DNA of 64,000 bases from an uncultured delta proteobacterium (GTDB lineage: Bacteria; Desulfobacterota; Binatia; HRBIN30; BPIQ01), in contig CAVXGR010000005.1 in assembly GCA_963761335.1 (NCBI GenBank), positions 288,001-352,000 on the forward strand, in the 5' to 3' direction. This document shows positions 9,677 through 18,610 of this stretch, in pieces (positions within the stretch are counted from its first letter, which is position 1; each line of letters opens with the position of its first letter). Below the pieces are notes generated by a model, which worked only from the letters and a program-made list of their open reading frames with translations, did no database searches and was not told where the DNA came from. Position numbers and translations under genes: made by a program.

Positions 9677-9813
9677 CGAACCGGTGTTCCGTCACGCGCG
9701 CTCAACCACTTTACTTCCTCGCGTGCTCATCTGGCAATGCGGCACAATGCAGAGCGCAGGGCGCGCCTTCCCAGGCGGGAGAAGATGGGCACGACTGTCT
9801 TGGTCGGCGCGGC

Positions 9814-9830
9814 TGGCACGGACCCTGCCA
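9814..9830 (+). promoter_or_regulatory. Candidate sigma54 (-24/-12) promoter
   Basis: TGGCACGGACCCTGCCA, exact GG-N10-GC spacing with TGGCACG. Confidence 0.6.
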
Positions 9831-9852
9831 AGGGAAGGCACGGGAGCCGACG

Positions 9853-10215
9853 ATGCAAGTGGTGGCTGTGAGAGCCGATCCGGTGTGCGATCCCGATGGG
9901 TCAAAGCTCTGCGCCTTCATCGATGCGCACCAGGCCTACGTGAGGGCCAAGGCGGATCGGCGCTGGTGGATGATCGTTAGCGGCGTCGCCTTGGTTGCAC
10001 TTCCCGTTGCGCACCAGTACGGGCCTCGCGTCCGGACGCTGATCTTCTTGTTGGTCCTGGCGAGCATTTTGCGGACGATCTGCGCCGGAGCCGTTGAATG
10101 GCGCCGCCAGCGTCAACGCCGGGAATGCTCCGACGACGTGATTCTGCTTCCCGACGCCGGCCGGGGAGCTCTCGGCGACGAGGCGCGCACCGAGCCGCGG
10201 CCGTCAGGGACCTGA
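9853..10215 (+). CDS. Small two-TM hypothetical membrane protein (120 aa)
   Basis: GGGAG RBS, ATG at 9853, two hydrophobic stretches, ends 3 bp before the regulator gene. Confidence 0.55.
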   Translation: MQVVAVRADPVCDPDGSKLCAFIDAHQAYVRAKADRRWWMIVSGVALVALPVAHQYGPRVRTLIFLLVLASILRTICAGAVEWRRQRQRRECSDDVILLPDAGRGALGDEARTEPRPSGT

Positions 10216-10218
10216 GCG

Positions 10219-11589
10219 ATGCACGCATCCAACGTCGTGCCGCCGTGTCCGCCACGGGTTCTGGTGGTCGACGACGAGAAGAACATTCGCAACATGCTGG
10301 CGGTCTGCCTCGAAGGAGAAGGTTGCGCAGTCACGGCGGCGCCGTCAGTCGCAGTGGCGCTGGCCGCTCTGCAGCGACAGACCTTCGACTTGGCGCTGGT
10401 CGACCTCCGCCTGGCCGAGAGCAGCGGTCTCGCCCTGTTGCCGCAGATTCTCGAAGCGCAGCCCGCGTTGCCCGTCGTGGTGATCACCGCCTACGCTACC
10501 TACGAGACTGCTGTCGAAGCAATCAAGAGAGGCGCTACCGACTACCTGCCGAAGCCGTTTACCCCGGCGCAGATCCGCCAGGCGCTGGCGCACGCCCTCG
10601 AGCGACGTGCCATGGCTGGGCGCCTCGCCGATCTGGAGCAGCAGCTTCACGAGGCGGTGCCCGAGGTCGATCTGGCGACGCATTCTCCGCGGATGCGTGC
10701 TGCGCTCGATGTCGCTGAGCGAGCCGCGGGCACCGACGCCGCCGTTCTGCTCCGAGGCGAGAACGGCACCGGCAAGGGAGTGGTGGCCCGGCTGCTGCAC
10801 GCCCACAGCCCGCGGGGTGGGCGGCCGTTCGTGGTGGTGAACTGCCCGACCCTGTCGGAGGAGCTGCTCGCCAGCACGCTCTTCGGCCACGCCAGGGGCG
10901 CCTTCACCGGAGCCGTGCGTGACCAGATGGGTCGCGTCGAGGCGGCGGAAGGTGGCACGCTGTTTCTCGACGAGATCGGCGAGATCTCTCCGGCGCTGCA
11001 GGCCAAGCTCTTGCGCTTTCTGCAGGACAAGCAGTTCGAGCGCGTCGGCGAGAACGAGACCCGTACCGCTGACGTACGTCTGGTCGCGGCGACGAATCGC
11101 GATCTCGAAAGGGAGGTCGCGGACGGTCGGTTCCGCCAAGATCTCCTCTATCGCCTCAACGTCATCGAGATCACGGTGCCGCCACTGCGCGAGAGGCCCG
11201 AGGACATCCTGCCGCTGGCTCGCGACTTCCTCGAGTTCTTTGCTCGTCCGGCGCGCCGGCTCGTCCCGGAGCTGTCGCTGGCGGCGGCGGAGGCCCTGCG
11301 GGCCTACGCCTGGCCCGGAAACGTCCGCGAGCTACGCAATGCCATCGAGCGCGCTGTGATCCTATGGCCGGCACGCACCATCGAGCCTGCGGCCTTCCCC
11401 GAGCGGATCGCCGTCAAGGCCAGCTCGGCCGTACAGCTCGGTAGCGACGTCTCTCTCGAGTCGATCGAGCGCGAGCACATTCTACGTGTCGTGGCGCGTA
11501 CTCCGACATTGGAAGATGCCGCCCACATCCTCTGCATCGACCCCTCGACGCTGTGGCGCAAGCGGAAGAAGTACGAGCAAGTGGGCTGA
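10219..11589 (+). CDS. Sigma54-dependent response regulator (AlgB/NtrC-like)
   Basis: REC (VLVVDDE, DLRL), [29 protein letters not shown]-terminal [10 protein letters not shown]. Confidence 0.95.
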   Translation: MHASNVVPPCPPRVLVVDDEKNIRNMLAVCLEGEGCAVTAAPSVAVALAALQRQTFDLALVDLRLAESSGLALLPQILEAQPALPVVVITAYATYETAVEAIKRGATDYLPKPFTPAQIRQALAHALERRAMAGRLADLEQQLHEAVPEVDLATHSPRMRAALDVAERAAGTDAAVLLRGENGTGKGVVARLLHAHSPRGGRPFVVVNCPTLSEELLASTLFGHARGAFTGAVRDQMGRVEAAEGGTLFLDEIGEISPALQAKLLRFLQDKQFERVGENETRTADVRLVAATNRDLEREVADGRFRQDLLYRLNVIEITVPPLRERPEDILPLARDFLEFFARPARRLVPELSLAAAEALRAYAWPGNVRELRNAIERAVILWPARTIEPAAFPERIAVKASSAVQLGSDVSLESIEREHILRVVARTPTLEDAAHILCIDPSTLWRKRKKYEQVG

Positions 11590-11700
11590 TGGCGGTGATC
11601 CAGGTCATTGCAGACTCCGCCAGGACCGGGCGCATCGGCGACGGGCCGCTCGTGCATCTGACCCTTCGATCGCGTAATCTCGCGCCGGGGGAGTGAGCCG

Positions 11701-12549
11701 ATGAGGTCGAGATCGATTTTGGTTGGGGTGCTCACCGTGCTGCTTGCGAGCTGCAGCTCCGAGCCGCGAATCCTGCGCGAGACACGCGAGGTGCGCATCA
11801 TCGACGCTATCGGCCAGACGCTGCTCGAATCGGTGGAAGCAGAAAAAAGCGCCGTGTTGGCGACGACCGACGAGGAATCCAAATCTTTTGCTCACGATTC
11901 CCGGCAGGCCGCAGCAAGGATCAACGGGCTGCGGGGCGAGCTGCGTACGCTGGTCGTCGCCGACGGGCGGCGCACTGAGCTCGAGAAGCTCGAGGCGTTC
12001 GACGCCGCGTGGGCAAATGTCGAGCATGTCGACCAGCGCCTTCTGGCTCTGGCTGTGGCGAATACGAACCTGAAGGCGGCGCGCCTTTCGGCGAATGAGG
12101 GGGGTGCCGCGCTCGACCGCTTCGTCGATTTGCTCGGTCAGATGATGCATGATGCCGATGCAGCCGACACGATTCGCACGCTCTCGCATGCCTCGATCGC
12201 GGCGCTACGCATACAGCCTCTGCTGCTGGTGCACATTCCGTCGGCTGACGATGCCGAGATGACGCAGATCGAGGAGCGCATGCGCGCCTCCAGCGAGACG
12301 GTGAACCGCGATCTGGGGACGTTGCGCGACAGCGGCCAGGTGTCCCCGGATCAGCTCGCGGCGGCGACGCAGGCGTGGTCGGACTATCAACGAATCCTCA
12401 AGGAGGTCCTTCGCCTGTCGCGCGAGAACTCGAACGTCATCTCGTTCGACGTCTCTGTCCACGAGAAGCGCCAGGTGACCAAGGAATGCTTGGCTGCGCT
12501 TTCGGCGCTGAAGGAAGCAGTCGTGGCGGGTCCCCACCCCACGCGCTGA
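11701..12549 (+). CDS. Lipoprotein with helical-bundle (4HB sensor-like) domains
   Basis: LLASC lipobox; helical sequence with AEKSAVLATTDEES and RLSRENSNV. Confidence 0.65.
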   Translation: MRSRSILVGVLTVLLASCSSEPRILRETREVRIIDAIGQTLLESVEAEKSAVLATTDEESKSFAHDSRQAAARINGLRGELRTLVVADGRRTELEKLEAFDAAWANVEHVDQRLLALAVANTNLKAARLSANEGGAALDRFVDLLGQMMHDADAADTIRTLSHASIAALRIQPLLLVHIPSADDAEMTQIEERMRASSETVNRDLGTLRDSGQVSPDQLAAATQAWSDYQRILKEVLRLSRENSNVISFDVSVHEKRQVTKECLAALSALKEAVVAGPHPTR

Positions 12550-12719
12550 GCCAACGCCCGATCGTCTTGGCGGGTGCGCTGGCGGGTGGCCGACTGCTGC
12601 CTCGCAGGCCGGAGCCGGCAGCACTGCGAATTGCAGCGTCGCCGGAAGGAAGGCGTGCAAATCACAAAGGCAACGTATCCCGTACGAATCCAATCGCCGC
12701 TGCCGATCGTCAAAGCTTC

Positions 12720-12736
12720 TTGGCCCAGCGGTTGCT
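12720..12736 (+). promoter_or_regulatory. Candidate sigma54 promoter of the kdp operon
   Basis: TTGGCCCAGCGGTTGCT (GG-N10-GC with TTGC); TGCGAATTGCA (12625) and TGCAAATCACA (12656) upstream. Confidence 0.65.
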
Positions 12737-12841
12737 GGAGTACGAAGTGAACACACTGCCCGCGTGAGCAGCGTGTGAAATTATCTGAACTGGGGCTCCG
12801 TCGGGGACGACGGATCACCATCGGCTTTTGGGAGGGCGATC

Positions 12842-12925
12842 ATGTTGCTCTTGGGAATGATTCTACTCGGATTGGCGGCGTTCGCGGCGCTGCTCGGCTT
12901 CATCGTCTTTTGTGAATGGGTATAG
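12842..12925 (+). CDS. 27-aa single-TM micro-protein upstream of kdpF
   Basis: GGAGGG RBS; MLLLGMILLGLAAFAALLGFIVFCEWV; stop 2 bp before the kdpF ATG; below the ORF-track size cutoff. Confidence 0.65.
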   Translation: MLLLGMILLGLAAFAALLGFIVFCEWV

Positions 12926-12927
12926 CA

Positions 12928-13008
12928 ATGAATGCGCTCTTGCTTGTTCTCAGCCTGCTTGCAGCCGCCTACCTTTTCTACGCAATGGTGCGTCCCGAAC
13001 GCTTCTGA
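12928..13008 (+). CDS. kdpF: K+-transporting ATPase subunit F (26 aa)
   Basis: MNALLLVLSLLAAAYLFYAMVRPERF, with the YLxYAxxRPERF signature, directly before kdpA. Confidence 0.9.
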   Translation: MNALLLVLSLLAAAYLFYAMVRPERF

Positions 13009-13017
13009 GGCACGGAC

Positions 13018-14727
13018 ATGGCAACCGAGATCCTCGCAGTCGTTCTGACGGTCGCGATCCTCATCGCAACCAGCATCCCGATCGGCCGGTACATGGCCCG
13101 CGTATTCAGCGGCGAGAGGACCTGGCTCGACTCTGTCTTAGTGCCGATCGAACGCCTGGTGCTGCGGCTCTCGCGGGTGGATCCCGCCGAAGAGCAGGAC
13201 TGGAAGGCGTACTCCCGCTCCCTGATCTTCTCGAACGTTTTCATGTGGCTGGCGACGTTTGCGCTCGTGACGCTGCAGGGCGTGCTCTTCCTCAATCCGG
13301 ACGGTATCGCCGGCATGGAGCCGACGCTGGCCTTCAACACCATCTCCAGCTTCACCACCAACACCAATCTGCAGCACTACAGCGGAGAGACCGGACTGTC
13401 GTACCTGTCGCAGATGGGCTTCGCGACCTTTCTCCAGTTCGTCACCGCGGCGACGGGGATGGCGGCGCTGGTCGCCATCATCCGGGCGCTGGGCGGGAGC
13501 CGGCTGACCAAGCTCGGCAACTTCTACGTCGACATGACGCGCGCCGCGGTACGGGTGCTGCTGCCGCTGTCGATCTTCGTCGCGACCATCTTCATCTGGC
13601 AGGGTATGCCGATGACGTTCAAGGGCGCCGCCAAGGCGACCACCATCGAAGGCCAGGAGCAGTCCATCGCGCGCGGCCCAGTCGCGGCGATGGTCGCCAT
13701 CAAGCAGCTCGGGACCAATGGCGGCGGCTTCTTCGGGCCGAACTGCTCGTACCCCTACGAGAACCCGACGCCGATCTCGAATCTCGCCGCCACCTGGTCG
13801 ATCCTCGTCATCCCCATGGGGATGGTCTGGACGCTGGGCGAGATGTTGCGGCGGCGCCGCCTGGCGGCGGTGATCTTCGCGACCATGCTCGCTTTCTACG
13901 TACCCCTGTTCTCTTTCGCGATATCACAGGAGCTCAGCGGCAACCCGGCGATCACCGCCATGGGCGTCGATCAGTCGACGGGCTCCATGGAGGGCAAGGA
14001 GGTGCGCTTCGGGGCGGCGCTCTCAGCGCTCTGGGCGACGTCCACGACGGTGACCTCGAACGGGTCGGTGAACTCGATGCACGACTCCATGACACCGCTG
14101 GGCGGGCTGGTTCCGATGATCGGCATGTGGCTCAACAATATCTTCGGCGGAGTGGGCGTCGGCTTCATCAACATGTTCATCTTCATCATCGTCACCGTCT
14201 TCGTCACGGGGATGATGATCGGGCGCACGCCGGAGTTTCTCGGCAAGAAGGTCGAAGCCAAGGAGATGAAGCTCGCCAGCGTGGCCCTGCTGCTCCATCC
14301 CCTGCTCATCCTGGTCGGCACGGGCGTCGCTTGCTACGTGTGGACGACCACCGCCGATCCGAACACGGCGCTGGCCTGGCTGAGGAATCCCGGACCGCAC
14401 GGCTTCTCCGAGATGCTGTACGAATTCAGCTCGGCAGCGGCCAACAACGGCTCGGGGTTCGAGGGGCTGGGGGACAACACCGCCTTCTGGAACATCTCCA
14501 CCGGACTGGTCATGCTGTTCGGGCGCTATATCCCGATCATCGCGCCGCTGGCGCTCGCCGGCTCGCTCGCCGCCAAGCCGGCGTCGCCGGAAACCGCCGG
14601 CTCGCTGCGGGCCGATTCGGCGACGTTTGGATTCGCTCTGTGGGCCGTCGTCCTTGTTCTCGGCCTGCTCATGTTCATGCCGGTCGCCGTGCTCGGCCCG
14701 ATCGCCGAACGCCTGGCCATGCCGTAA
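13018..14727 (+). CDS. kdpA: K+-transporting ATPase subunit A
   Basis: TNTNLQHYSGE, KQLGTNGGGFF, SNGSVNSMHD and ANNGSGFEG motifs. Confidence 0.97.
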   Translation: MATEILAVVLTVAILIATSIPIGRYMARVFSGERTWLDSVLVPIERLVLRLSRVDPAEEQDWKAYSRSLIFSNVFMWLATFALVTLQGVLFLNPDGIAGMEPTLAFNTISSFTTNTNLQHYSGETGLSYLSQMGFATFLQFVTAATGMAALVAIIRALGGSRLTKLGNFYVDMTRAAVRVLLPLSIFVATIFIWQGMPMTFKGAAKATTIEGQEQSIARGPVAAMVAIKQLGTNGGGFFGPNCSYPYENPTPISNLAATWSILVIPMGMVWTLGEMLRRRRLAAVIFATMLAFYVPLFSFAISQELSGNPAITAMGVDQSTGSMEGKEVRFGAALSALWATSTTVTSNGSVNSMHDSMTPLGGLVPMIGMWLNNIFGGVGVGFINMFIFIIVTVFVTGMMIGRTPEFLGKKVEAKEMKLASVALLLHPLLILVGTGVACYVWTTTADPNTALAWLRNPGPHGFSEMLYEFSSAAANNGSGFEGLGDNTAFWNISTGLVMLFGRYIPIIAPLALAGSLAAKPASPETAGSLRADSATFGFALWAVVLVLGLLMFMPVAVLGPIAERLAMP

Positions 14728-14737
14728 GGAGCTCGAG

Positions 14738-15331
14738 ATGTTATCCGAACTGAAATCCGATCTGGTTCGCGGTGCGCTGTACACCGCCGTGACCATGGTT
14801 CTCTTCGGCGGGATCTATCACCTCTTCGTGTGGGGTATTGGGACCGCGATCTTTCCCGCCCAGGCGGAGGGCAGCCTCATCCGGCGCGCCGACGGCGCCG
14901 TGGCGGGCTCCTCGCTGATCGCGCAGGGGTTCAAGCGGCCCGAGTACTTTCAGCCGCGGCCCTCCGCGGTGGACTACAACGCCGCCTCCACGGGCGGCAG
15001 CAACTACGGGCCGTCGAACCCCGATCATCTGAAAGCCGTAGCGGAGCGCTTGGCCGCAATCACCGCCCAAGAGGGCGTGACCGCGGCTCAGGTGCCGTCG
15101 GAAATGGTGACCGCGAGCGGAGGCGGTCTCGATCCACACATCCCGCCCAAAGCCGCCGAGATTCAGGTCGCGCGTATCGCGCGCGCCCGGAACGTCGACC
15201 CTGGGCGCGTCCGAAATCTGGTGCGCGCACATACAGACGCACCGGCGCTCGGCATCTTCGGCCGCGAGCGCGTCAATGTCTTGGAACTGAACCTCGCGCT
15301 CGACGCGACGTTCGGTCAAGTACAGAAGTGA
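14738..15331 (+). CDS. kdpC: K+-transporting ATPase subunit C
   Basis: GSSLIAQ, YFQPRPS, GGSNYGPSN, VTASGGGLDPHI and VNVLELNLALD motifs. Confidence 0.95.
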   Translation: MLSELKSDLVRGALYTAVTMVLFGGIYHLFVWGIGTAIFPAQAEGSLIRRADGAVAGSSLIAQGFKRPEYFQPRPSAVDYNAASTGGSNYGPSNPDHLKAVAERLAAITAQEGVTAAQVPSEMVTASGGGLDPHIPPKAAEIQVARIARARNVDPGRVRNLVRAHTDAPALGIFGRERVNVLELNLALDATFGQVQK

Positions 15332-15346
15332 GGGCGAGAACCAACC

Positions 15347-17389
15347 ATGGCATCGAAAGCTCGTCAGATATCGTTGTGGGACGGCGCCATTCTTGGCCGC
15401 GCCATTGCGGATTCCTTCGCCAAGCTCGACCCGCGAGTTCAGATCAGGAATCCCGTGATGTTCATGGTCGGGATCGGGAGCATCCTCACCACCGGCGTGT
15501 TCTTCAAGGAGATCGCCTCCGGCACGGGCCATCCGCTGTTCACCGGACAGGTCGCCTTCTGGCTGTGGTTCACGGTCATCTTCGCGAACTTCGCCGAAGC
15601 CGTCGCCGAGGGGCGCGGCAAGGCGCAAGCCGACAGCCTGCGCAAGACACGGACCCAAACCGTCGCCGCCCGGCTGGGCGCCGGCGATCGGGTGGAAAAA
15701 GTGCCGGCGGCGGAGTTGCGGAAGGGAGACGTGGTCCTCGTGCACGCCGGCGAGATCATTCCGGCCGACGGCGAGATCATCGAAGGAATCGCGTCCGTGG
15801 ACGAGTCGGCGATCACGGGGGAGTCGGCTCCGGTGATCCGTGAGTCCGGCGGCGATCGCTCGGCCGTTACCGGCGGCACGCGCGTCCTCTCCGATTGGAT
15901 CAAGGTACGGGTGAGCTCGGATCCGGGGCATACGTTCCTGGACCGCATGATCGCCCTCGTCGAGGGGGCGGAGCGGCAGAAGACCCCCAACGAGATCGCG
16001 CTCGGCATTCTGCTCGCCGTGCTCACCCTTGTCTTCCTCATGGTCGTCGTCACCCTCCAGCCGTTCGCGTGGTACGCGGGCACGGAGATCCCGATTCCGG
16101 TCCTCGTCTCGCTCCTCGTCTGCTTGATTCCGACGACGATCGGCGGCCTGATCTCGGCCATCGGCATCGCCGGCATGGACCGCCTGATCCAGCACAATGT
16201 CCTCGCCATGTCCGGTCGCGCCGTCGAAGCCGCCGGCGACGTCGATACGCTGCTGCTCGACAAGACGGGGACGATCACGCTCGGCAACCGGCAGGCGACC
16301 GATTTCCTGCCGGTCTCCGGAGTCAGTGAGGGAGAGCTCGCCGATGCCGCGCAGCTCTCCAGCCTGGCCGACGAAACGCCGGAGGGACGCTCGATCGTGA
16401 TTCTCGCCAAGGATCGTTACAAGCTGCGCGCCCACGACCTGCACGAGATCGGCGCGACCTTCATCCCGTTCTCCGCCACCACGCGGATGAGCGGCTGCGA
16501 CCTCGACGGTCGAAGCATCCGCAAGGGTGCCGCGGATGCGATTGTCGCTCACGTTCGCTCGCTGGGTGGTGCACCGCCGGCGGAGCTCGATTCGATCGTG
16601 CACCGCATCTCCGACACGGGCGGCACACCGCTCGCCGTCGCCGACGGCGCGAAGGTACTCGGTGTCATCCACTTGAAGGACGTCGTCAAGGGCGGAATCC
16701 GCGATCGTTTCGCGCGCTTTCGCGCCATGGGCATCCGCACGGTGATGATCACCGGCGACAACCCGCGGACCGCCGCGGCGATCGCCGCCGAGGCCGGAGT
16801 CGACGACTTCCTGGCCGAGGCGACGCCGGAGACCAAGATGCAGCTCATCAAGGCGGAGCAGGCCAAGGGTAAGCTGGTGGCGATGACCGGCGACGGCACC
16901 AACGACGCCCCGGCCCTCGCCCAAGCCGATGTCGGTGTCGCCATGAATACCGGCACCCAGGTCGCCAAGGAGGCCGGCAACATGGTCGACCTCGACTCGA
17001 ACCCGACGAAGCTGCTGGAGGTGGTCGAGGTCGGCAAGCAGCTGCTGATGACGCGCGGCTGCCTGACCACCTTCTCGATCGCCAACGACGTGGCCAAGTA
17101 CTTCGCCATCCTGCCGGCCATGTTCCTGGCCGTGTCTCCCGGCATGAGAGGGCTCGACATCATGCAGCTGGGCTCTCCGCAGAGCGCCATTCTGGCGGCG
17201 GTGATCTTCAATGCGGTCATCATCATCCTGCTCATCCCGCTGGCGCTCCGGGGCGTGGAGTACCGCCCCTTGGGCGCCGCCGCGCTGTTGCGCCGCGCCC
17301 TCCTCGTTTACGGCCTCGGCGGGTTGGTCGCGCCGTTCGTCGGCATCAAGCTGATCGATCTGCTGCTCACGGCCCTCCACCTCGCCTGA
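15347..17389 (+). CDS. kdpB: K+-transporting P-type ATPase subunit B
   Basis: RNPVMF, TGES, IPTTIGG, DKTGT and [10 protein letters not shown] motifs. Confidence 0.97.
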   Translation: MASKARQISLWDGAILGRAIADSFAKLDPRVQIRNPVMFMVGIGSILTTGVFFKEIASGTGHPLFTGQVAFWLWFTVIFANFAEAVAEGRGKAQADSLRKTRTQTVAARLGAGDRVEKVPAAELRKGDVVLVHAGEIIPADGEIIEGIASVDESAITGESAPVIRESGGDRSAVTGGTRVLSDWIKVRVSSDPGHTFLDRMIALVEGAERQKTPNEIALGILLAVLTLVFLMVVVTLQPFAWYAGTEIPIPVLVSLLVCLIPTTIGGLISAIGIAGMDRLIQHNVLAMSGRAVEAAGDVDTLLLDKTGTITLGNRQATDFLPVSGVSEGELADAAQLSSLADETPEGRSIVILAKDRYKLRAHDLHEIGATFIPFSATTRMSGCDLDGRSIRKGAADAIVAHVRSLGGAPPAELDSIVHRISDTGGTPLAVADGAKVLGVIHLKDVVKGGIRDRFARFRAMGIRTVMITGDNPRTAAAIAAEAGVDDFLAEATPETKMQLIKAEQAKGKLVAMTGDGTNDAPALAQADVGVAMNTGTQVAKEAGNMVDLDSNPTKLLEVVEVGKQLLMTRGCLTTFSIANDVAKYFAILPAMFLAVSPGMRGLDIMQLGSPQSAILAAVIFNAVIIILLIPLALRGVEYRPLGAAALLRRALLVYGLGGLVAPFVGIKLIDLLLTALHLA

Positions 17390-17461
17390 GACGATGGTCA
17401 CTCGAGTCGCGGGCGGAGGCGCCACTTTTTCCTGCGGTGCGGAGATGGGTGATAATTCGGC

Positions 17462-18610
17462 ATGACCGAGGGACGCCGGAGCGCGGAGGACTTTCTCGAG
17501 CTCGTCGAGCGCAGCAAGCGCGGTCGCCTGAAGATCTACATCGGCTTCGCGGCGGGGGTCGGGAAAACCTATCGGATGCTCGAAGAGGCCCACGCGCTCA
17601 AGAAGCGCGGCGTCGACGTCGTGCTCGGTCTGATTGAGACGCACGGGCGCGCCGAGACCGCCGCGCTCATGGAAGGACTGGAGTACGTTCCCCGAAGAAC
17701 CATCGAATATCGGGGCCTAGCGGTCGAGGAAATGGACCTCGACGCCGTCATTGCGCGTGCCCCACAGGTGGCAATCGTCGATGAGATCGCCCACACGAAT
17801 GCCCCGGGTCTTCCCAACCGCAAACGCTATCAAGACGTCTTGGACATTCTCGCCGCCGGCATCAACGCGATCTGCGCCTTCAACGTGCAGCATTTGGAAA
17901 GCCTCAAGGATGTGGTCGAGCGCGCCACCGGGGTCAGGATTCGCGAGACGGTGCCGGACAGCTTTCTCAAGCAAGCCGATCAGGTGGTCAACATGGATCT
18001 GGCTGCCGAGGACCTCCTCGAGCGCCTGCGCGCCGGCAAGATCTACGACAAGGAGAAGATCGAGTGGGCACTCACTCATTTCTTCAAAGAGGAGAACCTG
18101 TCGGCGCTTCGCGAGCTCGCCTTGCGCGAGGTGGCAGAGAGCCTCGATCGCACGCGGCCGGAGCCGGAGGCCGCCAGCAGCGAACGCCCCGCCACCAGCG
18201 GACGACTCATGGTGTGCATCTCGTCGTTCTCGCCCCGTGCCGCGACGCTGCTCCGCCGCGGGTCGCGCATGGCTGGACGGCTGAACACGGATTGGATCGT
18301 GGCCTACGTGGAGACCCCCGCCGAAGCCCCCCACCGAATCGACGCCGAGGCGCAGCGCCATCTTCTCGCCAACATCGACCAGGCTCGTGAGCTCGGTGCG
18401 GTGGTGGCACGGCTGCAGAGCAAGGACCCCGTGCGGGCTCTCGTCCAATATGCGCGCACGCACGGCGTTCGCCACCTGATGATCGGCCGCACTCACCGCC
18501 CGTGGTGGCAACAGCTCTTCGGGCGCTCGTTCGTGGCGCGGATGGTGAAGGCGGCAACCGACTTCGACCTGCACATCGTCGCATTCGATGACGAAGGTGA
18601 ACGCCCATGA
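17462..18610 (+). CDS. kdpD: Stand-alone KdpD N-terminal sensor domain + Usp domain, no TM or kinase part
   Basis: GRLKIYIGFAAGVGKT, VDEIAHTN, NVQHLES, then a Usp-like domain (LMVCIS...HLMIG). Confidence 0.9.
   Translation: MTEGRRSAEDFLELVERSKRGRLKIYIGFAAGVGKTYRMLEEAHALKKRGVDVVLGLIETHGRAETAALMEGLEYVPRRTIEYRGLAVEEMDLDAVIARAPQVAIVDEIAHTNAPGLPNRKRYQDVLDILAAGINAICAFNVQHLESLKDVVERATGVRIRETVPDSFLKQADQVVNMDLAAEDLLERLRAGKIYDKEKIEWALTHFFKEENLSALRELALREVAESLDRTRPEPEAASSERPATSGRLMVCISSFSPRAATLLRRGSRMAGRLNTDWIVAYVETPAEAPHRIDAEAQRHLLANIDQARELGAVVARLQSKDPVRALVQYARTHGVRHLMIGRTHRPWWQQLFGRSFVARMVKAATDFDLHIVAFDDEGERP

Noticed and set aside
12550..12840. c-di-AMP (ydaO) riboswitch upstream of kdp
   Set aside because: No recognisable conserved riboswitch segments by eye; sigma54 elements account for the region. 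An Rfam scan would be decisive
14741..17644. 967-aa antisense ORF and similar long overlapping ORFs (e.g. 1413-3794, 7518-9980, 51001-53247)
   Set aside because: Shadow frames of high-GC coding genes; Arg/Ala/Gly-rich with no family motifs
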